Assembly (NCBI GenBank): GCA_004293645.1
Contig: REAB01000053.1
Span: 1,182-65,181 of the forward strand
DNA: 64,000 bases
From: Cytophagia bacterium
GTDB lineage: Bacteria > Bacteroidota > Bacteroidia > Cytophagales > Spirosomataceae
Reading direction: 5' to 3'
The notes below the pieces were generated by a model, which was not told the origin of the DNA, searched no databases, and saw nothing but the letters and a program-made list of their open reading frames with translations. This document shows, in pieces, positions 38,272 to 46,904 of this stretch (its first letter is position 1; each line of letters starts with the position of its first letter). A program made the translations under genes and the position numbers.

Positions 38272-39876
38272 ATGAAACCATTTTTTTTGTTCGTAAATTG
38301 CTTAACTGCCTGCCTATTATTGGGTTCGGTTTGGGCGCAACGCCCCAATATTGTGTGGCTCAACGTCGAAGACATGAGTCCACGATTGGGTTGCTACGGC
38401 GATTTTACGGTGCCTACTCCCCACATTGACCGTTTGGCGCGCGAGGGGACATTGTACACCAACGTATTTACAACGGCGGGTGTGTGCGCACCCAGCCGCA
38501 ATGCCATAGCCACGGGGCGCGTTCAAACCAGTAATGGTGGTCATAATATGCGCACACTTTCTAACACTTATCCCGAAAAAACAGGGCTACCCAAGCAATA
38601 TTCGGTCGTGATGCCCGTGGGCGTAAAGCACTTCGCCGAATACCTTCGCGCGGCGGGTTATTACTGCACCAACAACGCCAAAACCGATTATCAGTTTGAA
38701 GAAACCCTCGCTATTTGGGACGAAAACGGCCCGCAAGCGCATTATAAAAATCGGGCAAATAACCAGCCATTTTTTGCCATGATTAACTGCGGCATTACGC
38801 ACGAAAGCCAAGTATGGGCCAGAAAAAATAACCCACTGCGGGTTAGCCCAGACAAAGTAAAACTGCCACCTTATTACCCCGATACCGACTCAGTGCGCCT
38901 CGATGTGGCGCGTTTTTACAGCAATATCTACGAAATGGACGAATGGGTAGGTGAGCAAATAAAAGAACTCGAAGAAGCGGGACTACTCGAAAATACGATT
39001 GTGATGTTTTGGTCAGACCACGGCGACGGTTTGCCTTACGTAAAACGCGAAATTACGCATCGGGGGCTGCGCGTGCCGTTTATTGTCCGAAATCCAACGG
39101 GTAGTAAAGGCAACAAAAATACCGACCTCATTTCGGCCATTGATTGGGCTCCCACGGTGCTTTCGCTGGCGGGCATAAAACCTCCTAACTTCATGCAGGG
39201 AAGGGCTTTTTTGGGTAAATATGCCAATAAAAAGCCTCACTCGTACGTATTTGGAGCCGCCGACCGCTTCGATAGCGAGTACGACCGCGTGCGTTCAGTA
39301 TCTGATGGGCGTTTTCAGTATGTGTATAGTTTTTATCCAAACAAACCCCGCTACATGGACGTAGAATACCGCAAACAGCAAGCTTCCATGCGCGACATAC
39401 TGCGGCTCAAAGAAGCAGGAAAACTCAACGAAGTACAAATGCAATGGTTTTTGCCCACCAAGCCCCAAGAAGCTCTTTTTGACACCCAAACCGACCCACA
39501 CCAGCTTGTCAATTTAATAGATAACCCAAAGTATAACAACGAGTTAGCTCGTTTTCGGAAGGTGTTTCAAAGTTGGCAAAAGTCGGTGATGGATTATGGT
39601 GCTATTCCCGAAAAAGAACTGGTAGCGCAGATGTGGAACGGCGACAAACAGCCGCCAATTACGGCGCAACCTACCGTAACAATACAAGGCACGTACGCGG
39701 CCATTAATTGTGCTACGGCGGGGGCTTCTGTTGTCTATAAAATTTTACTGCCCAACACCCCCGACCCCAAACGCTGGGAAGTATATACACAACCTGTGCT
39801 GCTAAAAAACGGTGCGCATATCAAAACAATAGCACAACGCATTGGCTACAAACCCAGTATAGAAGTTATGAATTAA
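38272..39876 (+). CDS. Secreted sulfatase (Cys-type, formylglycine-dependent)
   Basis: It has a signal peptide and the active-site motif GVCAPSRNAIATGR. I moved the start to MKPFFLF at 38272. Confidence 0.85.
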   Translation: MKPFFLFVNCLTACLLLGSVWAQRPNIVWLNVEDMSPRLGCYGDFTVPTPHIDRLAREGTLYTNVFTTAGVCAPSRNAIATGRVQTSNGGHNMRTLSNTYPEKTGLPKQYSVVMPVGVKHFAEYLRAAGYYCTNNAKTDYQFEETLAIWDENGPQAHYKNRANNQPFFAMINCGITHESQVWARKNNPLRVSPDKVKLPPYYPDTDSVRLDVARFYSNIYEMDEWVGEQIKELEEAGLLENTIVMFWSDHGDGLPYVKREITHRGLRVPFIVRNPTGSKGNKNTDLISAIDWAPTVLSLAGIKPPNFMQGRAFLGKYANKKPHSYVFGAADRFDSEYDRVRSVSDGRFQYVYSFYPNKPRYMDVEYRKQQASMRDILRLKEAGKLNEVQMQWFLPTKPQEALFDTQTDPHQLVNLIDNPKYNNELARFRKVFQSWQKSVMDYGAIPEKELVAQMWNGDKQPPITAQPTVTIQGTYAAINCATAGASVVYKILLPNTPDPKRWEVYTQPVLLKNGAHIKTIAQRIGYKPSIEVMN

Positions 39877-39886
39877 GTGCTGATAA

Positions 39887-41062
39887 TCAGACCTTTTTAC
39901 ATACCAAAATGCGTTTGTCGCCGTTGGCGAGCGTGGTAGCAAACAAATACACGTCGCCGCCGTCTTTGAGTTTGAGCTTTTTGCGGAGTTCGTCGGTCGT
40001 ACTCGGAAAATTGCGTAGCGTGAGATTGGCCTTGCCGTTGGGCAGGTACGAAGCCAACGCCTTCGTGTCGGCTTTTACAGTAGCTTGACATTTAAAAATG
40101 CGCCCTGGGAAATTAGACACCAATATTTCTGACGTGTAAAGATGACTGTGAGGAGCTATTTTGTACAAATCGAACTGCCCTGCCACCGACTTAAACGCGC
40201 CCGCTTTCAAAATAGCCGCGTTTGGTTCGTATAAATATGGCAATGGATTGTGCAGTTTCACGGCCAAGTTTGTTTCGTCATCAATCAAATGGGTAAATGT
40301 CTGAATGGGCAAATAAGGCGGTGTGTCGCTCAGATTGACCGAATGTATTTTAATTACTTGATTATCAGTGTTTTTCAATAAAAACAGAACTTCTTTTACC
40401 TCATTTTGCAACGCTACTACTTGCACTTCATTTACTTTTTGGAGTGTGGAAATGGCTTGCTTGAGGTCTAAAAGCGGCGAAGTTTTGAGCAAAATCTGGC
40501 CTGATTTTTGAAGCAATAGCGGCAAATTTTGAACCACATCGGGTTGGCAGTCTTGCAACAAATGCACCCGCCCCGCCGCTACCGAACGCCGCGCGGGGTC
40601 GGCATAAATCCAGTCGGCTTTTTGGGAGAATTGCGCCAAAAAATGAAGCGAATCGGCGCAAATGCAGTCTATGTTTTTGATGCCCAGCACCTCAAAATTG
40701 TGCTTGGCTTGGGCTACGAGCGTTTCGTTTTGTTCTACGTAAATAACGCGCTCAAAGCGTGAAGCAAAATAAGAAGTATCAACGCCCATGCCGCCCGTGA
40801 GGTCAATCAGCAGCTTTCCCGCCACCAAACTGGCCTTGTATTGTGCCGTGGCTTCGGACGAACTTTGCTCTAAGGACACCACGGCTGGCAGCACCAAATC
40901 AAGGTTTTCGTACCAACTGTGTAGCTTGTAACGAATTTTCTGCCGCGCTTCTATTTGCGCAATGAGCGGTTGTTTCGCGCTGCCGTATTTGAGCAGCAGT
41001 TGTTTAGTGTCATCAGTAAAGTGCTGCACTATAAAGGCGCGGTCAAGGTCGGAGAGGGTCAT
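39887..41062 (-). CDS. Class I SAM-dependent methyltransferase with a THUMP-like C-terminal domain
   Basis: It has the SAM motif LIDLTGGMGVD and matches the family in size and layout. Confidence 0.65.
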   Translation of the reverse strand: MTLSDLDRAFIVQHFTDDTKQLLLKYGSAKQPLIAQIEARQKIRYKLHSWYENLDLVLPAVVSLEQSSSEATAQYKASLVAGKLLIDLTGGMGVDTSYFASRFERVIYVEQNETLVAQAKHNFEVLGIKNIDCICADSLHFLAQFSQKADWIYADPARRSVAAGRVHLLQDCQPDVVQNLPLLLQKSGQILLKTSPLLDLKQAISTLQKVNEVQVVALQNEVKEVLFLLKNTDNQVIKIHSVNLSDTPPYLPIQTFTHLIDDETNLAVKLHNPLPYLYEPNAAILKAGAFKSVAGQFDLYKIAPHSHLYTSEILVSNFPGRIFKCQATVKADTKALASYLPNGKANLTLRNFPSTTDELRKKLKLKDGGDVYLFATTLANGDKRILVCKKV

Positions 41063-41152
41063 GAGTGGAGGTTGTATTTCAACCGCGTCGGTAATCTGAA
41101 ATTTTATTGGTAGTTAACCCTCTTATTTTCTGGTATCCAATTCTATTTACAG

Positions 41153-41296
41153 TCAAATAAGCATCAAATAAGATTTAGTAATTATCACATAATCATCACA
41201 TAAAAAAGATTTGATTATGAGCACTTTACGGTTTTATAGTGAATAAATTATCACATAACCATCACATAAGAATCCGTCATTTATCAAATAAGATTT
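41153..41296. repeat. Iteron-like direct repeats
   Basis: TCAAATAAG occurs three times (41153, 41164, 41284). AATTATCACATAA[T/C]CATCACATAA occurs twice (41180-41203, 41246-41269; 23/24 identical), giving four TTATCACATAA units. Confidence 0.8.
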
Positions 41297-42741
41297 TACA
41301 CCCAAAATGGCACATAGCTGGCATATTTTCTTGAATTACTTTCGGGGTCATCTTCTTTAATAATATCTTCCTCTAAGGTATCACGTATAATTCTGGACGC
41401 AATAGAATAGTTATGACCTTCAATCTTGAATCTATCTCGGAGAGTTTGATTAGTCATTTTTTCGTTCGATACATATTTTAGACAAGCGTGTTGATAACAG
41501 GCTTGTATTTTTTCTTTTTTGTCTAAGTCATTGAGTTTCTTGTAGCTGTATATCGTTACGCGGGTTCGTCTCTCGGCTACAATTACATTAATGGGAGGCA
41601 GTTGGTAGAGTTCGTTATAGAAGATAACTTTGTCTAAGCCACTGCCTTTTTCTTCACAAAAACCCATTCTACGCATCAAATCTGCCAATTTATCGTTTCT
41701 GGACTGGTAAGCATCAATAAATCTTTCGGGAGCGACTAATGGTATGCCAGCATTGGAAATTTCGATACGGTCTGCAAATATTTCAACCATCGGGAACCCC
41801 TTTTCGTTAAGGTCTTGATGAATTAGTGCATTGGCTACCAGTTCTCTAATGGCAATTTGAGGATACATGGTAGTGTCTTGGCGCATGGCTTTGCCTATTT
41901 CTTCGTTGGCAGGTAGTTGGCTGTTTATCCAGTCTATCATGCCAATAAAACCCACTGCATAACCTTTCCCTCCAATTTGTTCGCGCTCAGTTTCTACTTT
42001 GTTTTTTCCTTTATAAACGATAACTCGTACCGATTTGCGTTCAAGATATTCAAAATCTCTGAGGTTCTTGGCAAAGAGTAAAGCACCTAACTTGGTGATA
42101 CTGTAAGTACTATTTTTTAATATCAACCCCTCGTTCAACAATTTCTCAATAACGCCTTGTTGACTGTTTGGATAAGGCAGTTTCATCAAATCAAAATACG
42201 TTTCAGTACTTAGATACTTGGTAACATCGGCTGCGGTTAGACCGTCTTTGGCTATTTGTTTTTCAAAAGGCGTAACGTCTTTCTTCCATATTTTAGCTTG
42301 TTTTTGTGGAAAATCGTTGAGTTTTCGAGTATTGCTCCCCACCCGAATATAGGAATAATGCAAAAATTCAACGGGCTGATTTTGAGCAGCAGGAATCTCA
42401 AATAACGATATATGTCGTTTTTCATCATAGTCAAATTCGTGTACTATGAAATCAATACGAGGATTTAGACGAGTGGCTAACCAATGTTCCAAATTTTCGT
42501 TTCCTTTTTTTGCAGATTTAGCCATAAAAGTAGTGCCTTTGATGACATGTGTTTCATCTTCTATTCCAAAAACTAAGTAACCAAGTGGCTGATTATGAAT
42601 GCAAGCACTATTTGCAATTGCCGATATGCGTTCTCCTATTTCGTCTGGTGAATGAAAGTTGAGTTTAAATTCTACCCATTCATTCTCACTAGGCAGCTTT
42701 ACTAAGTCCTTGATTAATTCTTTAAGTTTTTCCTCCGTCAT
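41296..42741 (-). CDS. AlbA_2 (Schlafen-like) / HATPase_c_4 putative DNA-binding regulator (COG2865-type)
   Basis: The N-terminus (SENEWVEFKLNF ... ISAIANS ... GYLVFGIED) and the central motif (IRELVANALIHQD ... DRIEISNAGIPL) fit the family. The gene is visibly more AT-rich than its neighbours. Confidence 0.7.
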   Translation of the reverse strand: MTEEKLKELIKDLVKLPSENEWVEFKLNFHSPDEIGERISAIANSACIHNQPLGYLVFGIEDETHVIKGTTFMAKSAKKGNENLEHWLATRLNPRIDFIVHEFDYDEKRHISLFEIPAAQNQPVEFLHYSYIRVGSNTRKLNDFPQKQAKIWKKDVTPFEKQIAKDGLTAADVTKYLSTETYFDLMKLPYPNSQQGVIEKLLNEGLILKNSTYSITKLGALLFAKNLRDFEYLERKSVRVIVYKGKNKVETEREQIGGKGYAVGFIGMIDWINSQLPANEEIGKAMRQDTTMYPQIAIRELVANALIHQDLNEKGFPMVEIFADRIEISNAGIPLVAPERFIDAYQSRNDKLADLMRRMGFCEEKGSGLDKVIFYNELYQLPPINVIVAERRTRVTIYSYKKLNDLDKKEKIQACYQHACLKYVSNEKMTNQTLRDRFKIEGHNYSIASRIIRDTLEEDIIKEDDPESNSRKYASYVPFWV

Positions 42742-42794
42742 TATGCTCTAAAAGTTTTACAAACATCAGTAAATAACTTCAACTCATTTTAATA

Positions 42795-45700
42795 TCACTT
42801 CTCTCCCGTTTTCTTAAAATATGCATCGGCTTCGCGCTTGTAAAAAGGCGCGAAACTGGGCGGAACGGTGCGCAACAATTCGGTTTGTTTTTGTTTGTCT
42901 TTCACGTATTGTTCAAACGCGGGCGGTGGCGTGCGTTGAATGGGCTTGGCCGTTTCAGACTTCCGCTTGTTGTCTTCTTCTTGTTGGCGCAGGGCTTTTT
43001 CGGACTCCAAAAGCCGCGTTACAATGTCCTGTTGGCGTTTTTGAAGCTCTGGGGTTACGCGCTTGTTCACCAAGTCGGTTTCGGTTTCGTCCATTTTTTT
43101 CATTAAATCCTTTACCTCATTGCCCACTTTTTTCTCGGCATCAGTTCCCTTCTGCGACTCCATCAGTTGCTGCAACATTTGTCGAATCTGTGCCTGTTCG
43201 GCGGCCATCTTGGCCACTTGTTCCGACATTTGGCGACCGCCCATGCCGCCTTTACCATCTTTTTTCATTTTGCCAATCTGCTCGTTGAGTTTCTTTTGCA
43301 TCTCGCCCAAATCTGGCGACGGCGTTTCCCCTTTTTTGCCCTTTTTACCCTTGCCTTTGCCTTTACCAGGCATGGCCATCATCTGCGCCTGCATTTGGGC
43401 TAAAGTTTGGCTCAACATCAGCGACAGATTATTGATGGAAGTCATGGCAAATTGCTGCTTGCTGGTGGCCATGTTGAGGCGGCGTTCTTTGATGTAACGC
43501 GAGCTTTCGGTCATGTGAAACTTCATGTCGTTGAGTTCGCGGGTTACAAAAGTTTCGATTTGGCGCATCCGCTTGGCCAGCGCGTAAAGGCTGTCTTCTA
43601 TCACTTTGGCATCGTCTTGCAGTTTGAGTTGGTCTTGCGCCAGTTTCACAAAACGCGGGTCTTGCTGGCCTACGCCCCTAAAATCTTTCATCAATCGTTC
43701 TTGGTCGAACGACAATTTGAGGAGGTTTTCTAAAACTGCCCGCAACTCGTCTATATTTTCTTCCATTTCTTTGCTTTCCATCGCTTCCATCATGTCTTTC
43801 ATTTTCTTGGCCATCATTTTCATAGATTTGCCAGCCTTCTTTTGGGCTTGCGCGGCTTTTTTATTGTCCTTTTTTTCAAGCTCTTCCGAGCTTTTGTCTT
43901 GCTCTTTGTCTATTTCTTCTTGCTCTTCTTTTTCGGTGTCGAGTTCTTCGGGTTTTTCGAGTTCCTCGTTCATTTTTTCCATTTCTTTGAGGTCTTTTTT
44001 GGTGTCCTCAAATTCTTTTTTCAGCTCTTCTTGCTGCTTTTTGAGTTCTTCTTGCTGTTTTTCTTTGTCGTTGGCATCTTTATTTTCGGTGTTTTTCTCG
44101 GTTTCTTCGGCCAGTTTTTCTTGTTTTTCGGCTTGTTCTTCCAAATCTTTCTGAATTTGGTCGGCTTTTTGTTCCAATTGCATTTTCTTGAACATTTCGA
44201 GGGCGCGTTCTATCTCTTTTTGCATATTGAATTCCTTGTTTTTCAACTTGTTCATCAATTCTTGCATTTTATCGTCGGGCTGTTTTTGTTCCAGCATTTT
44301 TTCGAGTTGCTCGTACAGTTTCTTGGTTTCGGGGTCGAGCAGTTGGTTCATCAGCTTTTGTAGCTGTTCCAATTTTTGTTTCAATTCAGGATTTTGCTCC
44401 GCAAAACGCTGCTGTTTTTCTTGGGCGGCTTTATTTTGGTCTTGCAAACTCTTGATTTCGTTCATGAGTTCTTCCCGTTTTTTGAGCAGGTCTTCAATCT
44501 GTTTTTTTTCTTGAAAATCCAGCTCTTTTTGGCTTTTCAAACGCTCGTCGAGTTTTTCCAATTCTTTCTGCAAATTTTTGGCTTTGGCGAGGGTTTTTTC
44601 CATTTGCGCCTCCGTTTTTTGCGACGATTTCTCAATTTCTTGCCGTACTTCTTCTTTAGATGGCACCGCAAAATTGATAGTCCGAGATTTGGCCGATTTG
44701 GGGCCGTTCACACCGTCGTTGTCCCACACTTGCACAAAATACTCAATGCGGTCGCCTGGGGCGAGGCGTAGGCTGTCGGTGTACCACTGAAAATAGAAAG
44801 TTTGGTTGGTAGCCGATTTATTGAAAGGCACATTAAAACCTTTATAAACCAGCTTCTTGGCATCGGTTTTGTCGTCTTTGCGGCGGAGGTTATAAAACAC
44901 TTTGAGGTTAGAAAAACCGTAATCGTCGGCAATGCTACCACCGAGCATAAAATAATTGTAGAGCGTGGTATCTTGGTAATTTTCGAGGTTGAGGGCAGGG
45001 TATTTATCGGCAACTACGTTCAAAAAATAGCTAATTTTCTCGCGGTTGGGTGCTTCGTCGTTTTTTAAATTGATTTGATAGCTACCCGACTTGCGCACTT
45101 TTCGTTCAAAATCGAAACCGCCCGTGAGTTTACTTTCGGCGGCGGTGGGCTGCTCGCCCTCAAACTGCAACGACATTTCTTCGGTGGCGGCGGTGTTAAA
45201 ATCCCAAGCCACGAGCGTTCCTTCTGGCACGGTGAGGTTGCCCACGTTGCTGAGTTGCTCGGCAGGCTTGCCCAAATAAGCTGGGTAGGTGAGCGTTACA
45301 TCAAAAGAAAGCAAATTGGGACGCTCGGCAAGGCTGATTTTGTAGTCTTCCGACTCGTAGCCCGCTGCTTCAAAATGAAATGCTGTGGTGCGCTGCACGT
45401 TTTTGAAAGTATAACTAAAATGGCGGGCATCAACAACGTCGAGTTTGTATTTTACTTTGTTTTGAACCACGTAAACTGCTTCGGGGAGGGCATCGCCCAG
45501 CAGGGCTAAATTGAGCGTAAAGTCCTCATTACGAAAGGCTTTGAGGTCTTTGTTTTCTAATTTGAAAGTAAAAGGGGCGTAATTGTAATTGTTTCTAAAA
45601 TGAATAATTCGGTCGGAGCTACTGGCAAAAAACTGCGGATTGAGCAACAAAATAGCCACAATGGCCGCCAGCGGATAAGCCGCGTATTTGAGGTAGCGGC

Positions 45701-46184
45701 GGTTTTCGTTGATTTTGATGGCATCAGAAAAACGCACGATGAGCAACTGCTTCGATTTTTGGCGAATACTGGCTTCTATCAAGTCGGTTTGTGTGCCAGA
45801 GAGCCGACCTAACTGCAAGGTATTAAGGAGTTTATCGCCAATTTGTGGAAAATATTGGCCAATCTGCGTGGCCGCCATCTCGTCCGAAAGTGGCTTGCGG
45901 AGGCCGTACATTCCGATGAGCGGTTGGGCCACCCACTGCCACAAAGCATAGGCCAATGCCCCCACAAAGCTAAACAGCAACGCCCCCCGCACGGCGGTAT
46001 TGAAGCGTCCGAAATATTCGAGGGTATTCACAAAAAGATAGGCCGTAAAAATCAAGGCTATTGAAAAAATAATGCCCTTGACCAACTGATTTTGGTAATA
46101 TTTGCGCTTGTAGTTGGCAATTTGAGCCAACAAACCCGATATGGTGTTTTCTGCCATGATAGCTTGTGTGTTCTTTGATTTCAA
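42795..46184 (-). CDS. DUF4175-like large membrane-anchored protein with a long E/K-rich coiled-coil region
   Basis: It has N-terminal TM helices, a central beta-rich region and a K/E/Q low-complexity segment of more than 300 aa. An alternative start (MAENT) lies at 46157. Confidence 0.65.
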   Translation of the reverse strand: MKSKNTQAIMAENTISGLLAQIANYKRKYYQNQLVKGIIFSIALIFTAYLFVNTLEYFGRFNTAVRGALLFSFVGALAYALWQWVAQPLIGMYGLRKPLSDEMAATQIGQYFPQIGDKLLNTLQLGRLSGTQTDLIEASIRQKSKQLLIVRFSDAIKINENRRYLKYAAYPLAAIVAILLLNPQFFASSSDRIIHFRNNYNYAPFTFKLENKDLKAFRNEDFTLNLALLGDALPEAVYVVQNKVKYKLDVVDARHFSYTFKNVQRTTAFHFEAAGYESEDYKISLAERPNLLSFDVTLTYPAYLGKPAEQLSNVGNLTVPEGTLVAWDFNTAATEEMSLQFEGEQPTAAESKLTGGFDFERKVRKSGSYQINLKNDEAPNREKISYFLNVVADKYPALNLENYQDTTLYNYFMLGGSIADDYGFSNLKVFYNLRRKDDKTDAKKLVYKGFNVPFNKSATNQTFYFQWYTDSLRLAPGDRIEYFVQVWDNDGVNGPKSAKSRTINFAVPSKEEVRQEIEKSSQKTEAQMEKTLAKAKNLQKELEKLDERLKSQKELDFQEKKQIEDLLKKREELMNEIKSLQDQNKAAQEKQQRFAEQNPELKQKLEQLQKLMNQLLDPETKKLYEQLEKMLEQKQPDDKMQELMNKLKNKEFNMQKEIERALEMFKKMQLEQKADQIQKDLEEQAEKQEKLAEETEKNTENKDANDKEKQQEELKKQQEELKKEFEDTKKDLKEMEKMNEELEKPEELDTEKEEQEEIDKEQDKSSEELEKKDNKKAAQAQKKAGKSMKMMAKKMKDMMEAMESKEMEENIDELRAVLENLLKLSFDQERLMKDFRGVGQQDPRFVKLAQDQLKLQDDAKVIEDSLYALAKRMRQIETFVTRELNDMKFHMTESSRYIKERRLNMATSKQQFAMTSINNLSLMLSQTLAQMQAQMMAMPGKGKGKGKKGKKGETPSPDLGEMQKKLNEQIGKMKKDGKGGMGGRQMSEQVAKMAAEQAQIRQMLQQLMESQKGTDAEKKVGNEVKDLMKKMDETETDLVNKRVTPELQKRQQDIVTRLLESEKALRQQEEDNKRKSETAKPIQRTPPPAFEQYVKDKQKQTELLRTVPPSFAPFYKREADAYFKKTGEK

Positions 46185-46362
46185 ATGTACGCAAAAATCA
46201 GTACAAAAATTGTGCTGAAATGATAAATCAGTCGCATAAAAAAAGGAATAATTTGGCTAACGCGCTCTGGCGCTGATTGAATTGGGGAAAACCACGGGTT
46301 ATTGGTCAGATTGGCAGATAATGTAGTATATTTGTTTCTTAAATTATAGCACCCCCAAAACC

Positions 46363-46866
46363 ATGCCCCAGCCCAACTTACAAAACTTAGACGCGGCCAA
46401 GCGCATCTTGACGGCTTATCTGGAGCGGAAAAGCCTACGCAAAACGCCCGAGCGTTTTGCCATTTTGGAAGAGATTTACTCGCGCAGCGACCATTTTGAC
46501 GTGGACGAGCTGTATATTTCCATGAAAAACAAAAAATACCGCGTGAGCCGCGCCACGGTTTATAATACCCTCGACGTGCTGGTGGACTGCGACTTGGTAA
46601 CGAAACATCAGTTTGGTAAAAACTTGGCGCAGTACGAAAAATCGTACGGTTACAAACAACACGACCACATTATTTGTTTGGACTGCCACCAAGTGCGGGA
46701 GTTTTGCGACCCGCGCGTACAAAATATTCAAACCATGGTGGGCGATATGCTCCAGTTTAATGTGGTGCATCATTCGCTCATTTTTTATGGCAGTTGCCAA
46801 CGCGAAAAATGCGAAAACCGTGTTCAAAACGTAAACCAGCTTGAAAATCGGGCAGTGGCCGAGTAA
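46363..46866 (+). CDS. fur: Fur family transcriptional regulator
   Basis: It has a winged-helix N-terminus and metal-site Cys pairs (ICLDCHQV ... GSCQREKC). Confidence 0.8.
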   Translation: MPQPNLQNLDAAKRILTAYLERKSLRKTPERFAILEEIYSRSDHFDVDELYISMKNKKYRVSRATVYNTLDVLVDCDLVTKHQFGKNLAQYEKSYGYKQHDHIICLDCHQVREFCDPRVQNIQTMVGDMLQFNVVHHSLIFYGSCQREKCENRVQNVNQLENRAVAE

Positions 46867-46876
46867 AAAAATATCT

Positions 46877-46904
46877 AAATCGTCAGTGAAGACACTGACA
46901 ATGG
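46877..46904 (+). repeat. Conserved hairpin-ATGG motif, copy 2, abutting the Rpn start codon
   Basis: The sequence is AAATCGTC AGTG AAGA CACT GACAATGG. The ATG at 46901 is the Rpn gene start. Confidence 0.7.

Noticed and set aside
46185-46362. An autoregulatory Fur box upstream of fur
   Set aside because: There is only a weak partial match (AAATGATAAATCAGT) to the classical GATAATGATAATCATTATC consensus. That is not enough to call.
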